Positions 9,074 through 17,671 of a DNA stretch of 64,000 nt are shown piece by piece (within the stretch, counting starts at the first letter, position 1; the number at the start of each line of letters is the position of its first letter). The DNA comes from Candidatus Dormiibacterota bacterium (GTDB lineage Bacteria; Chloroflexota; Dormibacteria; Aeolococcales; Aeolococcaceae). The notes under the pieces are model-generated. The model did not search any database and was not told where the DNA came from. It saw nothing but the letters and a program-made list of their open reading frames with translations. The translations under genes and the position numbers were made by a program. The stretch covers positions 53,726 through 117,725 of the forward strand of contig PMOL01000005.1 in assembly GCA_003162415.1 (NCBI GenBank). The letters run 5' to 3'.

Positions 9074-9820
9074 GTGACGCTGATCGACGAACTCCCCGGC
9101 CGGATCGACGCGAGCTTCATCGGCGCGCTCGCCGGTGAGCATGCTGCCGGAACCGCGGCGGGCACAGCCGACCTGGTCGGCGTCGCCGAGTCGGCCGCAG
9201 CGTGCGGCGGGTTCGACGACGCGGATCTGCGCAAGCGCGGCCTCGAACGGCCATCGCGCGCCGGTGCTGCCGGACTGCTGCTTCGTGCCCTCCCGTTCGG
9301 TCTCCTGAGCCCGCTCGACAGGCCGAGGCTGCGGCGCGACGCGTACCGCTGCGTCGCAATGGCCGGTGCCGACGAGGGCACCGCCGTGACAGCGGTCGCC
9401 GCCGCGCTGCTGATCGCCGACCTCCTGAGATTCGACCTGGAGACGTCACTGGTCCGAGTTCGTCAGTCGCTGCTCGAGGACGCCCCGATGGCGCTGCTCG
9501 ACCGGCTCCGCGTGGTCGACGAGGGACCACCGATGGACATCTCCGATCCGGACCCCGGCCTCACCCTCCAGCGCGCCATCTGCGCCCTCGCGACCGCCAA
9601 CCCGTTCGACGACGTGCTCGCCGCCGCGGCCAGCGGAACGGCTGTCGCCGCGAGCCTCGCGGGTGCGCTGGTCGGAGCCCGCGATGGCGTCGCTGCCGTC
9701 TCCGGCATCGACCGCGACCATCTTCCGCATGCGGACCGCGCCCTCAGCGTTGCACGCCATCTCGCCGAAGCAGCGGTCGCGACCCTACCTCGCGATGAGC
9801 CGAACGCCTTCAGGCTCTAA
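9074..9820 (+). CDS. ADP-ribosylglycohydrolase-like protein (divergent)
   Basis: FIGALAGE, GLLLRALPFGL, ASLAGALVGARDG resemble ARH family; canonical acidic metal motifs not evident. Confidence 0.55.
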   Translation: MTLIDELPGRIDASFIGALAGEHAAGTAAGTADLVGVAESAAACGGFDDADLRKRGLERPSRAGAAGLLLRALPFGLLSPLDRPRLRRDAYRCVAMAGADEGTAVTAVAAALLIADLLRFDLETSLVRVRQSLLEDAPMALLDRLRVVDEGPPMDISDPDPGLTLQRAICALATANPFDDVLAAAASGTAVAASLAGALVGARDGVAAVSGIDRDHLPHADRALSVARHLAEAAVATLPRDEPNAFRL

Positions 9821-9833
9821 CATCAGGAACGTT

Positions 9834-10265
9834 ATGGAAGCCACCGCCGCGCCGTCCTCGACGCGAAAGATCAGGATCCTCACGGCCAAGGTCGGCCTGG
9901 ACGGCCACGACCGCGGGGTCAAGGTCATCTCGCGGGCGCTCCGCGACGCCGGTGTCGAAGTGATCTACACGGGGCTGCACCAGACCCCTGCCATGGTCGT
10001 CGAGGCCGCCATCCAGGAGGACGTCGACGGCATCGGCATCAGCCTCCTGAGCGGCGCCCACATGACGCTGTTCCCCGAGATCATCCGGCTCCTCAAGGAA
10101 CGCGACGCCGCGGACATCGTCGTCTTCGGCGGCGGGATCATCCCCGACTCCGACGTCACGGCACTCGAGAAGCTCGGCGTCGACAAGGTGTTCACCCCCG
10201 GAACGTCGCTCGATGAGGCGGTCTCCTACGTCAAGGAGCGATTCGGGGCGGGGGCGGCGGCCTGA
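9834..10265 (+). CDS. Cobalamin-binding subunit of methylmalonyl/isobutyryl-CoA mutase
   Basis: KVGLDGHDRG (DxHxxG), SLLSGAH, FGGGIIP, FTPGT. Confidence 0.93.
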   Translation: MEATAAPSSTRKIRILTAKVGLDGHDRGVKVISRALRDAGVEVIYTGLHQTPAMVVEAAIQEDVDGIGISLLSGAHMTLFPEIIRLLKERDAADIVVFGGGIIPDSDVTALEKLGVDKVFTPGTSLDEAVSYVKERFGAGAAA

Positions 10266-10288
10266 CCCCGGGACTGCTCTGCCTCACG

Positions 10289-10972
10289 GTGGCGGCGGCC
10301 CGCGCGGGGCGGTTCGTCAGTGATCCGGGAGATCCGAGGGCAGGTGTCGCTCCGCCGCATCCGGCATTCGCGACCTTCCGGAAGATGTCCTATGTCTGGG
10401 TCGACGGGCAGGCGTTCGAACCGATCGGGGACAGCCTCGACCTCTGGCTCGCTTTCCTCCGGGGCAACGGCGCCCGCCAGGCGTGGATGGACGTGAGTGG
10501 TGGCGAGGAGGTCTGCCGGGTGATCCGCGGCGACGGCGAGGAGACCTGGCGGGCGATCTGGAATGGCGGCATCTTCATGCTCCACGGTGCTGAGGAGACC
10601 GGACCGCCGAGGCGCCACGAAACCGATGTGGCCGCGATGGCGCAGCGGCTCCACGATGCCGTCCATGCGGAGATCGAGGCCGGGGCGGCCGACGTCCGCC
10701 GAGCGGCGCTGGAGCGGGCGCTCGAAATCCTGGCCTCACCTGGCGATGGCGAGGAGGTCTCCGATGTTGCCTGGCCATATTTCGTTCTCCCGGACGGGAG
10801 CTCGACGGCCGCCCGGCGCCTGGTCGCGGCCGCGTGCGCGGCGTGGCCCGAGACTCCGGCGACCGCCGATCCTGATGCCAAGCCGGCCCGTGGGGAGGGG
10901 TCCGTCGACGCCGCCCTCGAGGCGATCGCGGCGGCGGTGAATTCGGCAGCGACTGCAGAGCCGGTAGAGTAG
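10289..10972 (+). CDS. Hypothetical protein
   Basis: ORF fills gap in a co-oriented run; start uncertain. Confidence 0.55.
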   Translation: MAAARAGRFVSDPGDPRAGVAPPHPAFATFRKMSYVWVDGQAFEPIGDSLDLWLAFLRGNGARQAWMDVSGGEEVCRVIRGDGEETWRAIWNGGIFMLHGAEETGPPRRHETDVAAMAQRLHDAVHAEIEAGAADVRRAALERALEILASPGDGEEVSDVAWPYFVLPDGSSTAARRLVAAACAAWPETPATADPDAKPARGEGSVDAALEAIAAAVNSAATAEPVE

Positions 10973-10982
10973 CCAGGCGGAT

Positions 10983-11642
10983 ATGGCAGTTTCCCTCGAG
11001 CTCAGCGCATCGCTCCGGTCCGAGACCGGACGCCACGTGCACGCCGTCAGACGTCGCGGCGATGTGCCCGCGGTGCTATACGGCCACAACGTTGAGCCGC
11101 AGGCGCTGTCGATCGAAGCGCGCAGCCTGCAGCGGGTCTGGCACCACGCCGGCCACAGTCACTTGGTGGACCTGGCGCTCGAGGGCGGACGCGCTCGCAA
11201 GGTGCTGATCCGGGAATTGCAGGTCAATCCGCGCACGACCCAGCTCATGCACGTCGATCTCTTCGCGGTCAACCTCCGCGAGAAGCTGACCGTTGAGATT
11301 CCGCTCATCCCGGTCGGCGAGTCCCCGGCAGTCACCGAGCTGAAGCTGGGCGTGCTCCAGCAGATCATCACCTCGATCAAGGTCGAGTGCATGCCGGGGG
11401 ACATCCCCGCGCAGCTCAACGTCGACATCTCCGGCCTGACCGAGATCGACCAGGGTATTCGGCTCGCCGAGGTGCCGCTCCCCGAGCGGGTGACCCTCGC
11501 AACCGGCGTCGATCCCGACGAGCTCGTCCTCAAAGTCGCACAGGTACGGGTTGCCGCCGAGGCCGAAGAGGCCGAGGCTGTGCCTGCCGACGGCGAGGCT
11601 GAGGCGGCCGAGCCCGTCGACGACGACACCGGGTCGTCCTAG
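10983..11642 (+). CDS. rplY: 50S ribosomal protein bL25/Ctc
   Basis: VPAVLYGH, ELQVNP..HVDL, C-terminal beta domain and acidic tail. Confidence 0.93.
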   Translation: MAVSLELSASLRSETGRHVHAVRRRGDVPAVLYGHNVEPQALSIEARSLQRVWHHAGHSHLVDLALEGGRARKVLIRELQVNPRTTQLMHVDLFAVNLREKLTVEIPLIPVGESPAVTELKLGVLQQIITSIKVECMPGDIPAQLNVDISGLTEIDQGIRLAEVPLPERVTLATGVDPDELVLKVAQVRVAAEAEEAEAVPADGEAEAAEPVDDDTGSS

Positions 11643-11662
11643 CGGCCCCGACCCCGATCCTG

Positions 11663-12526
11663 ATGCCGGCGATGATGATCGCCAGTACCGCGTCGTGCGA
11701 CCAGAGCAACTGGTTCTCATTCGTCTGCAATTCGATCCAGTCGCACGATCACAGCGGCCTGGTCGGCCCGCTGGTGCAGAACCTGCTCTCGGCGATCGCG
11801 ATCTTCATCGTCCTCTACCTGGTCGGGCGGTTGATACGCGTGCTCGTGCTCTGGGCGATGAGCAGGGGCAAGGCCGATCGCCAGGTGCGGACGCTGGTTC
11901 GCAACCTCATCACGGTCACGACCTATGTCGTCGCGGTGATCAGCGCACTGGTCGTCTACGGCGTCAACGTCGCCGTCATCCTCACCGCCGCCGGAGTTGG
12001 CACGGTTGCGATCGGTCTGGCGTTCCAGGACCTGCTGCGCAACGTGCTCGCGGGGATCTGGCTGCTCCTCGAGCAGCCATTCCGGCTCGGGGACACGATC
12101 ACGGTTTTGGATCAGACCGGCGCGGTCCAGAACATCACGTTGCGCACCACGACACTTCGCACCGGCGTCGGCGAGCTGGCGATCCTGCCCAACCTCACGG
12201 TGTTCACCGGGATCGTCGTCAACACGACGCATTTCGACACGCGCCGGCTCACCGTCGGCGTGCGGATCCTACCGAACGTCGATCTTGCTGAGTTGATGCG
12301 CCGCGCGCGCACCGCGGTCGAGGAGATACCCGGCATCGAGGCCAAACCTGCAATCGTGCTCGAGCCGACGCTCGACCGTGACGTGCCCCTGCTTCGCTGC
12401 CACTTCTGGGTGGACCAGCGCGAGCAGGATCCCGATGCGATCACCGCGGCGGTCGCCGAGCGCCTATGGGATGTGGTCGGTGCGAAGCCCGAGGCTGAGT
12501 CCGCCGAACCCAAGGCTCAGAGCTAG
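11663..12526 (+). CDS. Small-conductance mechanosensitive channel (MscS family)
   Basis: IGLAFQDLLRNVLAG, PFRLGDTI, ITLRTT, ILPN. Confidence 0.9.
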   Translation: MPAMMIASTASCDQSNWFSFVCNSIQSHDHSGLVGPLVQNLLSAIAIFIVLYLVGRLIRVLVLWAMSRGKADRQVRTLVRNLITVTTYVVAVISALVVYGVNVAVILTAAGVGTVAIGLAFQDLLRNVLAGIWLLLEQPFRLGDTITVLDQTGAVQNITLRTTTLRTGVGELAILPNLTVFTGIVVNTTHFDTRRLTVGVRILPNVDLAELMRRARTAVEEIPGIEAKPAIVLEPTLDRDVPLLRCHFWVDQREQDPDAITAAVAERLWDVVGAKPEAESAEPKAQS

Positions 12527-12537
12527 AGTCGCCGCCC

Positions 12538-13134
12538 GTGGAGACTTCCCAGCCCAACACCTCGCAGCGGATCGTCGTCGTGCGCCATGGCGAGACCGAG
12601 TGGAGCCGCGAAAAACGCCACACCGGACGCACCGACCTTCCGCTCACCGCCGAGGGCCGCGCGCAGGCGGGTTCCCTGGTCGCGCGACTCGCAGGTCTGA
12701 CCTTCGCCGCGGTATTCGTGAGCCCCTTGCAGCGCGCACGCGAGACGTGCGCGATCGCCGGCTTCGGGGATCGAGCGGTCGTCGATCCGGATCTGATCGA
12801 GTGGGACTACGGCGAGTTCGACGGACTCACGGGCACCGAGATTCAGCAGCGAATCCCGGGATGGACGCTGTTCGACGATGGCGTCATCGGCGGCGAGACG
12901 ATCGACGATGTTGCGGCCCGCGCACGGCGGGCGATCGCACGCGCCCGAGCGGTGGACGGAGACGTGCTGCTTTTCGGCCACGGTCACCAGCTGCGCATCC
13001 TCACGGCGTTGTGGCTCGACTACCCGGCGCGCGCGGCGCAGCGTCTGCAACTCGCGACCGCCTCACCATCGATGCTCGGCTATGAGAACTCATGGACGGC
13101 ACTGCTCAGCTGGAACGGCTTGCCCGCGAGCTGA
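12538..13134 (+). CDS. Histidine phosphatase (phosphoglycerate mutase family)
   Basis: RHGETEWS, SPLQRARET, EWDYGEFDG, GHG. Confidence 0.92.
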   Translation: METSQPNTSQRIVVVRHGETEWSREKRHTGRTDLPLTAEGRAQAGSLVARLAGLTFAAVFVSPLQRARETCAIAGFGDRAVVDPDLIEWDYGEFDGLTGTEIQQRIPGWTLFDDGVIGGETIDDVAARARRAIARARAVDGDVLLFGHGHQLRILTALWLDYPARAAQRLQLATASPSMLGYENSWTALLSWNGLPAS

Positions 13135-13149
13135 GCGTGCGCGGACGGA

Positions 13150-13506
13150 TCAACCCCTGGGGAGGCCGGCCTTCTCCTGAAGGGTGGAGATGCGGCCGCG
13201 CCAGTACACGAGGCGCCGTTCGAAGCGAAGCGCCTCGGCGTGCAGCGCCTTGAGATCGGTCCTCTGCACCTCGCCACTGGCGTCAGCGTCCATGGTCCCG
13301 ACGTGCTCCTCGGTCGTTGCCAGCACCGAGCGCTTGAACTCGAGCAACTCCATATAGACCTTGACCCAGTGCTCGGCGTCGTCGAGATGCTGGCTGCTCT
13401 CGTCTTCGCCATCGAGAAGCCGGTCCGGCTCCACCTGCTCGACTGCAGCCTTCTCGTCGCTCGGGGAGGCCGTCGTCTCGGATGGATCGTCGTTCATTGC
13501 TGCCAT
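13150..13506 (-). CDS. Small helical hypothetical protein
   Basis: Codon-biased ORF downstream of MerR gene. Confidence 0.65.
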   Translation of the reverse strand: MAAMNDDPSETTASPSDEKAAVEQVEPDRLLDGEDESSQHLDDAEHWVKVYMELLEFKRSVLATTEEHVGTMDADASGEVQRTDLKALHAEALRFERRLVYWRGRISTLQEKAGLPRG

Positions 13507-13540
13507 GCTCCCGAGTTGGTCCAGTACGCAGCTCGTGCTC

Positions 13541-13861
13541 TCAGAGGCGGACGTGGTCGACGTCGATCTCGACCAGCTCAGGTGGCCGCGGGATGCCCTG
13601 GGCATCGAGGAGTTGCAGACACTTGATGACATAACGCGCGCCGGCGATGTTCAGCCCGCGCTGCCTGGTGAGGCGTTGAATCGCGCTCAGAGTCAGGATG
13701 TCGCGCTGGGTGTAGCGGCGGCGATTGGTCGCGGTTCGCGCCGGAACGCCGAGACCCATGGTCTCGTACATCATCAGCGTGCGCGGGTGCGACGCGAGGA
13801 TCTCAGCCGCGACGCTGATCGTGTAAAGCGGCTTGTCGAGGTCGAGCATTCGTTCCGACAT
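13541..13861 (-). CDS. MerR-family (HspR-like) transcriptional regulator
   Basis: YTISVAAEILASHPRTLMMYE..GL..P.RT..NRRRY, GLNIAG; start could be GTG 13912. Confidence 0.88.
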   Translation of the reverse strand: MSERMLDLDKPLYTISVAAEILASHPRTLMMYETMGLGVPARTATNRRRYTQRDILTLSAIQRLTRQRGLNIAGARYVIKCLQLLDAQGIPRPPELVEIDVDHVRL

Positions 13862-13874
13862 CGGAGCCAGTGCT

Positions 13875-13946
13875 TCAACAGCCACAGCTGACTCCGCAGA
13901 AGCTGCATGCACCGCGGGTGCGCCACGTCGGTCGCTTGGTGGTCAT
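13875..13946 (-). CDS. Putative leaderless 23-aa Cys-rich micro-ORF MTTKRPTWRTRGACSFCGVSCGC
   Basis: TAGAAT (13959-13954) + 7 nt + ATG; hand translation. Confidence 0.4.
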   Translation of the reverse strand: MTTKRPTWRTRGACSFCGVSCGC

Positions 13947-14214
13947 GGTTTCGATTCTAGTCGCGTGCACCGTGAATGGGGCCATGAGGGCGTGCGATTG
14001 CGCCATACCCGTTACGCGCCCAAGGTGCTTTACGCGCCCGGCCACCGGGTGAGATGAAATCTGGTAGAGCGGCTATACGCTTTTCAACAGCTTTATCCGC
14101 CAAACGCACACGAGGAGACCGATATGCGAAATCGGAGCCCGAACGGTCGCCGCACTTGCGCTCGCGGGTACCTCCAGGCATCATTCTTGGTTATAGGTTC
14201 GCTATAACTACTGG

Positions 14215-14447
14215 AGGTCATCCGGGTGGTCGAGGTCAGAGGCTGGCGTCAGCTCATGGCCGGCAGAAGGTCATGACTGCTCGGGCCGAGCGGCGGCGAC
14301 TGCTACTACGGGCAAACAACTGCTGGTGAGCGGCGGAAGGGGCCGCCGGGCTGAGAATGAGCGGCCCGGCCGGCCCCGACCGCCTCTGTTCTTTTCTGTC
14401 CACGGAAGGGGGTGCAGGGCAGGCGTTCCGTGAGCGCCTGCCTTTTT
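14215..14447 (+). ncRNA. Candidate structured ncRNA (6S/Ms1-like rod) or corA leader
   Basis: TATAAC at 14203; long-range pairings 14224-32/14377-85, 14241-46/14366-71, 14252-57/14357-62; ends in intrinsic terminator. Confidence 0.45.
14416..14447 (+). terminator. Intrinsic terminator
   Basis: ggcaggcg...cgcctgcc stem followed by TTTTT. Confidence 0.8.
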
Positions 14448-14469
14448 GCCAACGTGGGATGGTTGAGCG

Positions 14470-15420
14470 ATGCAAACGCTCTTCTCCGCCGACGGTCATA
14501 ACCGCGAGGTCGACGTCGCGACCGTCCAGCAACTGCTCGCATCCCATGAGACGTTCTGGCTCGACATTCAAGCGCCGGACGACGACGACTACAAGCTGTT
14601 GAGCGACACATTCAAGTTTCATCAGCTCACCATCGAGGACGTCAAGCATCAGAACCAGCGACCGAAGCTGGATGGGTACGACGGCTATGTCTTCGCCGTG
14701 GTCTTCGTCATCGCGCTGAACGGACAGGACGTGTCATTCCGCGAGCACCATCTCTACATCTCCCCCAACTTCCTGGTCACGGTCCACCAACCGCCCGAGC
14801 CGTCATTCGACAACCTCAACCTGCGAATCGCGGAGTCGCCGGTGAGCGTCTGTCACAAGTCGTCGTTCCTGACCTACCTGGTCATGGATGCCATCGTGGA
14901 CACCACCTTCGGGGCGCTGGAGACATTCGATGAGTCCGTCGACCGGCTGCAGGACGAGGTCCTACGGGACGCCAACAACGCCCAGCTCGCGCTCCTCCAG
15001 CAGATGAAGCACTCGGCGGTCGAGATGCGACGCGTCCTGGGCGCACAGCGGGACATGTTCCAGCGTCTGGTGACGCTGTCGCTCGAGGCGGACCGTGAGA
15101 CGACGGCGTACTACCGCGACGTCTACGACCACATCATCCGCCAGTACGAGACCGTCGATTCGCTCCGCGACCTGCTCACCGGCGCGATGGACGTCTACCT
15201 CTCGACCGTCTCGAACCGGCTCAACATGACCGTCAAGGCGCTCACCGTGGTGGCAAGTCTCTTTCTCCCGCTGACATTTCTCACCGGGTTCTTCGGCATG
15301 AACTTCGCCTGGCTGGTCACGCGCATCAACACCGGTTCGGCGTTCGCCATCGGCCTGTCACTCATGGCGATATCGATCATCACTCAGCTGGTGTTCTTCC
15401 GGCGACGGGGCTGGATCTGA
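14470..15420 (+). CDS. corA: CorA-family Mg2+/Co2+ transporter
   Basis: QRPKLD, YYRDVYDH, FLPLTFLTGFFGMNF, FRRRGWI. Confidence 0.93.
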   Translation: MQTLFSADGHNREVDVATVQQLLASHETFWLDIQAPDDDDYKLLSDTFKFHQLTIEDVKHQNQRPKLDGYDGYVFAVVFVIALNGQDVSFREHHLYISPNFLVTVHQPPEPSFDNLNLRIAESPVSVCHKSSFLTYLVMDAIVDTTFGALETFDESVDRLQDEVLRDANNAQLALLQQMKHSAVEMRRVLGAQRDMFQRLVTLSLEADRETTAYYRDVYDHIIRQYETVDSLRDLLTGAMDVYLSTVSNRLNMTVKALTVVASLFLPLTFLTGFFGMNFAWLVTRINTGSAFAIGLSLMAISIITQLVFFRRRGWI

Positions 15421-15428
15421 TCTGCGGC

Positions 15429-15905
15429 CTAGCCGTAGAGGTCTGAAGGAGCGGTGGACGATGCACCGGCTCGGCGGCCAACCATCAGCGCCAGCGCGGT
15501 TCCATATACCAGATGGCTGGCGAGCATGATCATCTGTCGGTCGCGGCGATCCCGGTCGGCCGCCGGCATGATGCCGAAAGCGGGCACCCAGCCCATGTAG
15601 CTCACGCCGTAGATCGCTACCCCGTAGGCTATCCCCAGTGGGATGCGGGCGATCAACCGCTTCGGCGCCATGACGCCAAAGACGGCGCCGGCTGCGGTGC
15701 CGAATCCAAGGTGGAAGACGGTCGCGAGCGCATCCTGCTGCCCTTCGCTCGGTCGGATGCCCCCGCGTCTCAGAACGCGCGAGGTGATCTTCTTGGGCGG
15801 CAGGCTGCCGCCCATGAGCCCGAATTGCTTGCCCCCCATCATCACCGCACTCATCGGCGCTGTCGCCAGCGCTCCGGCGACGGCACCGCGCAGGATCCGG
15901 TTCAC
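15429..15905 (-). CDS. Membrane protein (DUF1440/DUF6789-like)
   Basis: GAVAGALATAPMS, FHLGFG, SHLVYG; GAGGAG RBS before GTG 15905. Confidence 0.75.
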   Translation of the reverse strand: MNRILRGAVAGALATAPMSAVMMGGKQFGLMGGSLPPKKITSRVLRRGGIRPSEGQQDALATVFHLGFGTAAGAVFGVMAPKRLIARIPLGIAYGVAIYGVSYMGWVPAFGIMPAADRDRRDRQMIMLASHLVYGTALALMVGRRAGASSTAPSDLYG

Positions 15906-15927
15906 TGGGTGCTCCTCTTCCTGCCTC

Positions 15928-16005
15928 TCACCGCGCACGCCAGAAGTAGCCGCCGCCTCCGAGAAGAAGCACGACGAGCACGATGATCAGAATCAGTGTC
16001 AACAC
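15928..16005 (-). CDS. 25-aa membrane microprotein MLTLILIIVLVVLLLGGGGYFWRAR (DUF3309-like)
   Basis: AGGAGG RBS; single TM helix + GGGGY + basic tail; below the ORF-track cutoff. Confidence 0.75.
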   Translation of the reverse strand: MLTLILIIVLVVLLLGGGGYFWRAR

Positions 16006-16031
16006 AGCCCCGACCTCCTAGCTCTTCATTT

Positions 16032-16056
16032 TAACTATCGCATTCTATGATAGTTA
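16032..16056. promoter_or_regulatory. AT-rich palindromic operator candidate TAACTATC-N9-GATAGTTA
   Basis: Perfect 8-bp inverted repeat overlapping a minus-strand TAGAAT. Confidence 0.5.
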
Positions 16057-16153
16057 TCCTGTCAGGTGGGATGGCTGGATCAGCCAGATCGGCGCGACGG
16101 TTGCATCGGAGACAATCCGAGATCGTGCAGCTCAAGACTGACAATGCGTCCTG

Positions 16154-16849
16154 ATGGCTGAAAAGCGCGCCGTCGTGGTCGTTTCGGGTGGTCTCGATTC
16201 CACGACGATGGCCTACTCGCTTCGAGCCCAGCGGTACTCGCTGGTCGCCATCTCCTTCGACTATGGACAGCGTCACCGCAAGGAACTCGCCTTTGCGGAG
16301 CAGATGGCGGCAGGCCTCGATGCACCCTGGACGCTGATCGATCTCCATGCGGCCGGGCTCACCAGCTTGCTCACCGGGTCGGCGCTGACCGATGAGACCG
16401 TGACCGTCCCCGACGGCCACTATGCCGACGAGAGCATGAAGATCACGGTGGTGCCCAATCGCAACGCGATCATGCTCAGCATCGCGTGCGCGCTTGCGGT
16501 CACACGCGAAGCCGGTGCAGTTGCATTCGGCGCGCACACCGGTGATCACTTCATCTACCCGGACTGCCGTCCTGAATTCGTGCGCGCGTTCGAGACGATG
16601 GTGAACGTCGCAGTCGAGGGTCTCGCGAGCATCGAGATCCTGACGCCGTTCCTGTCGATGACCAAGGCCGACATCGTCAAACTCGGTGCTGAGCTGCATG
16701 TTCCCTTCGAACGAACCTGGTCCTGCTACAAGGGTGGTGCGTTGCACTGCGGCACATGCGGGACCTGCTACGAGCGCCGTGAGGCTTTTGCGCTCGCGGA
16801 TGTAGCCGATCCGACGGTGTACGAGAGCGAATCCGCGATCGTCCTCTAG
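16154..16849 (+). CDS. queC: 7-cyano-7-deazaguanine synthase
   Basis: SGGLDS, FDYGQRH, VPNRN, YPDCRPEF, CYKGGALHCGTCGTC. Confidence 0.95.
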   Translation: MAEKRAVVVVSGGLDSTTMAYSLRAQRYSLVAISFDYGQRHRKELAFAEQMAAGLDAPWTLIDLHAAGLTSLLTGSALTDETVTVPDGHYADESMKITVVPNRNAIMLSIACALAVTREAGAVAFGAHTGDHFIYPDCRPEFVRAFETMVNVAVEGLASIEILTPFLSMTKADIVKLGAELHVPFERTWSCYKGGALHCGTCGTCYERREAFALADVADPTVYESESAIVL

Positions 16850-16958
16850 TGTCGAATAAAGGCTGAGGGAAATCCCAGAAAGCTCCAAGAACCAGTGGAG
16901 GGCGAGCCCCTAGCGTCGTCAGTGTCGAATCAACAACCGCTGACACAGGAGCACTGAC

Positions 16959-17144
16959 ATGAACACCACGGAAATCCTTCTGAACATCGACCTCGCGGCC
17001 GGCACCACCGCACTCGTAGCACTCGGAATGGTTGCGGTGCCAAACATCGACCGCATCCGCGCATTCAAGCGCGCGCTCACTCGTCGCCCTCTGCGTCATG
17101 TGCGCGAACGGCGTCTCGTGGTGAACGGCCTCAGCAGGTCGTAG
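16959..17144 (+). CDS. Small hypothetical membrane protein (61 aa)
   Basis: AGGAG RBS, hydrophobic N-half, basic tail, followed by terminator. Confidence 0.55.
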   Translation: MNTTEILLNIDLAAGTTALVALGMVAVPNIDRIRAFKRALTRRPLRHVRERRLVVNGLSRS

Positions 17145-17185
17145 GGCGCAGCCGCGCGACAGAATGCACCTCTATCCCCTCATGA

Positions 17186-17222
17186 GAAAGGGCCGCCTCC
17201 AGCCGTTGGAGGCGGCCCTTTC
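17186..17222. terminator. Bidirectional intrinsic terminator
   Basis: gaaagggccgcctcca-gccgt-tggaggcggccctttc, perfect 16-bp stem between convergent genes. Confidence 0.88.
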
Positions 17223-17251
17223 GAGTCTCTGAGCACCCGGGAGTGGGCCGG

Positions 17252-17671
17252 TCAGGCGAGGGCGGTCGGCAACGGTCCGGCCTTCCGCTCAACCTTGGTC
17301 GCGAGCTGGCGCGGCGTCACATCAGCCTTGACGAGGAATTCGAGCGCTCCGAGGCGCAACCCGCGCTCTCGCAACTCTGGATCGCTGTAGTTGCTCAGGA
17401 TGATCACGGGGATCTGCGCCGTCTCGCGCATAGCGCGCAACCGCTCGAGCACCTCGAAGCCGTCGAGCTTCGGCAAACGCAGGTCGAGGTAGATGAAGTC
17501 GGGCAGCTCAGCCAGCGCCAGCCGCACACCGTCTTCCCCATCGCACCCGACCAACACCGCGTAGCCCTCTCCAACCAGTCGAAGGCGATACATCTCGGCA
17601 GCTTCGGCGTCGTCCTCGATGACAAGGACCTTCACAGTCTCCTCCACCCTGGTGCCCTCCTCATAACTCAT
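17252..17671 (-). CDS. Stand-alone response regulator receiver
   Basis: VLVIEDD, LDLRLPKLDG, IILSN, FLVK. Confidence 0.9.
   Translation of the reverse strand: MSYEEGTRVEETVKVLVIEDDAEAAEMYRLRLVGEGYAVLVGCDGEDGVRLALAELPDFIYLDLRLPKLDGFEVLERLRAMRETAQIPVIILSNYSDPELRERGLRLGALEFLVKADVTPRQLATKVERKAGPLPTALA

Noticed and set aside
14215-14447. M-box or NiCo riboswitch call for the corA leader
   Set aside because: Partial resemblance to NiCo (atggcc/ggtcat stem, cgggc..gcggcgac) but conserved junction residues missing; kept only as an unassigned ncRNA candidate
16154-16849. QueC-based defence or DNA-modification system (Qat, CBASS-associated, Dpd)
   Set aside because: Canonical-length QueC with no TatD, ATPase, TGT/DpdA or cyclase neighbours
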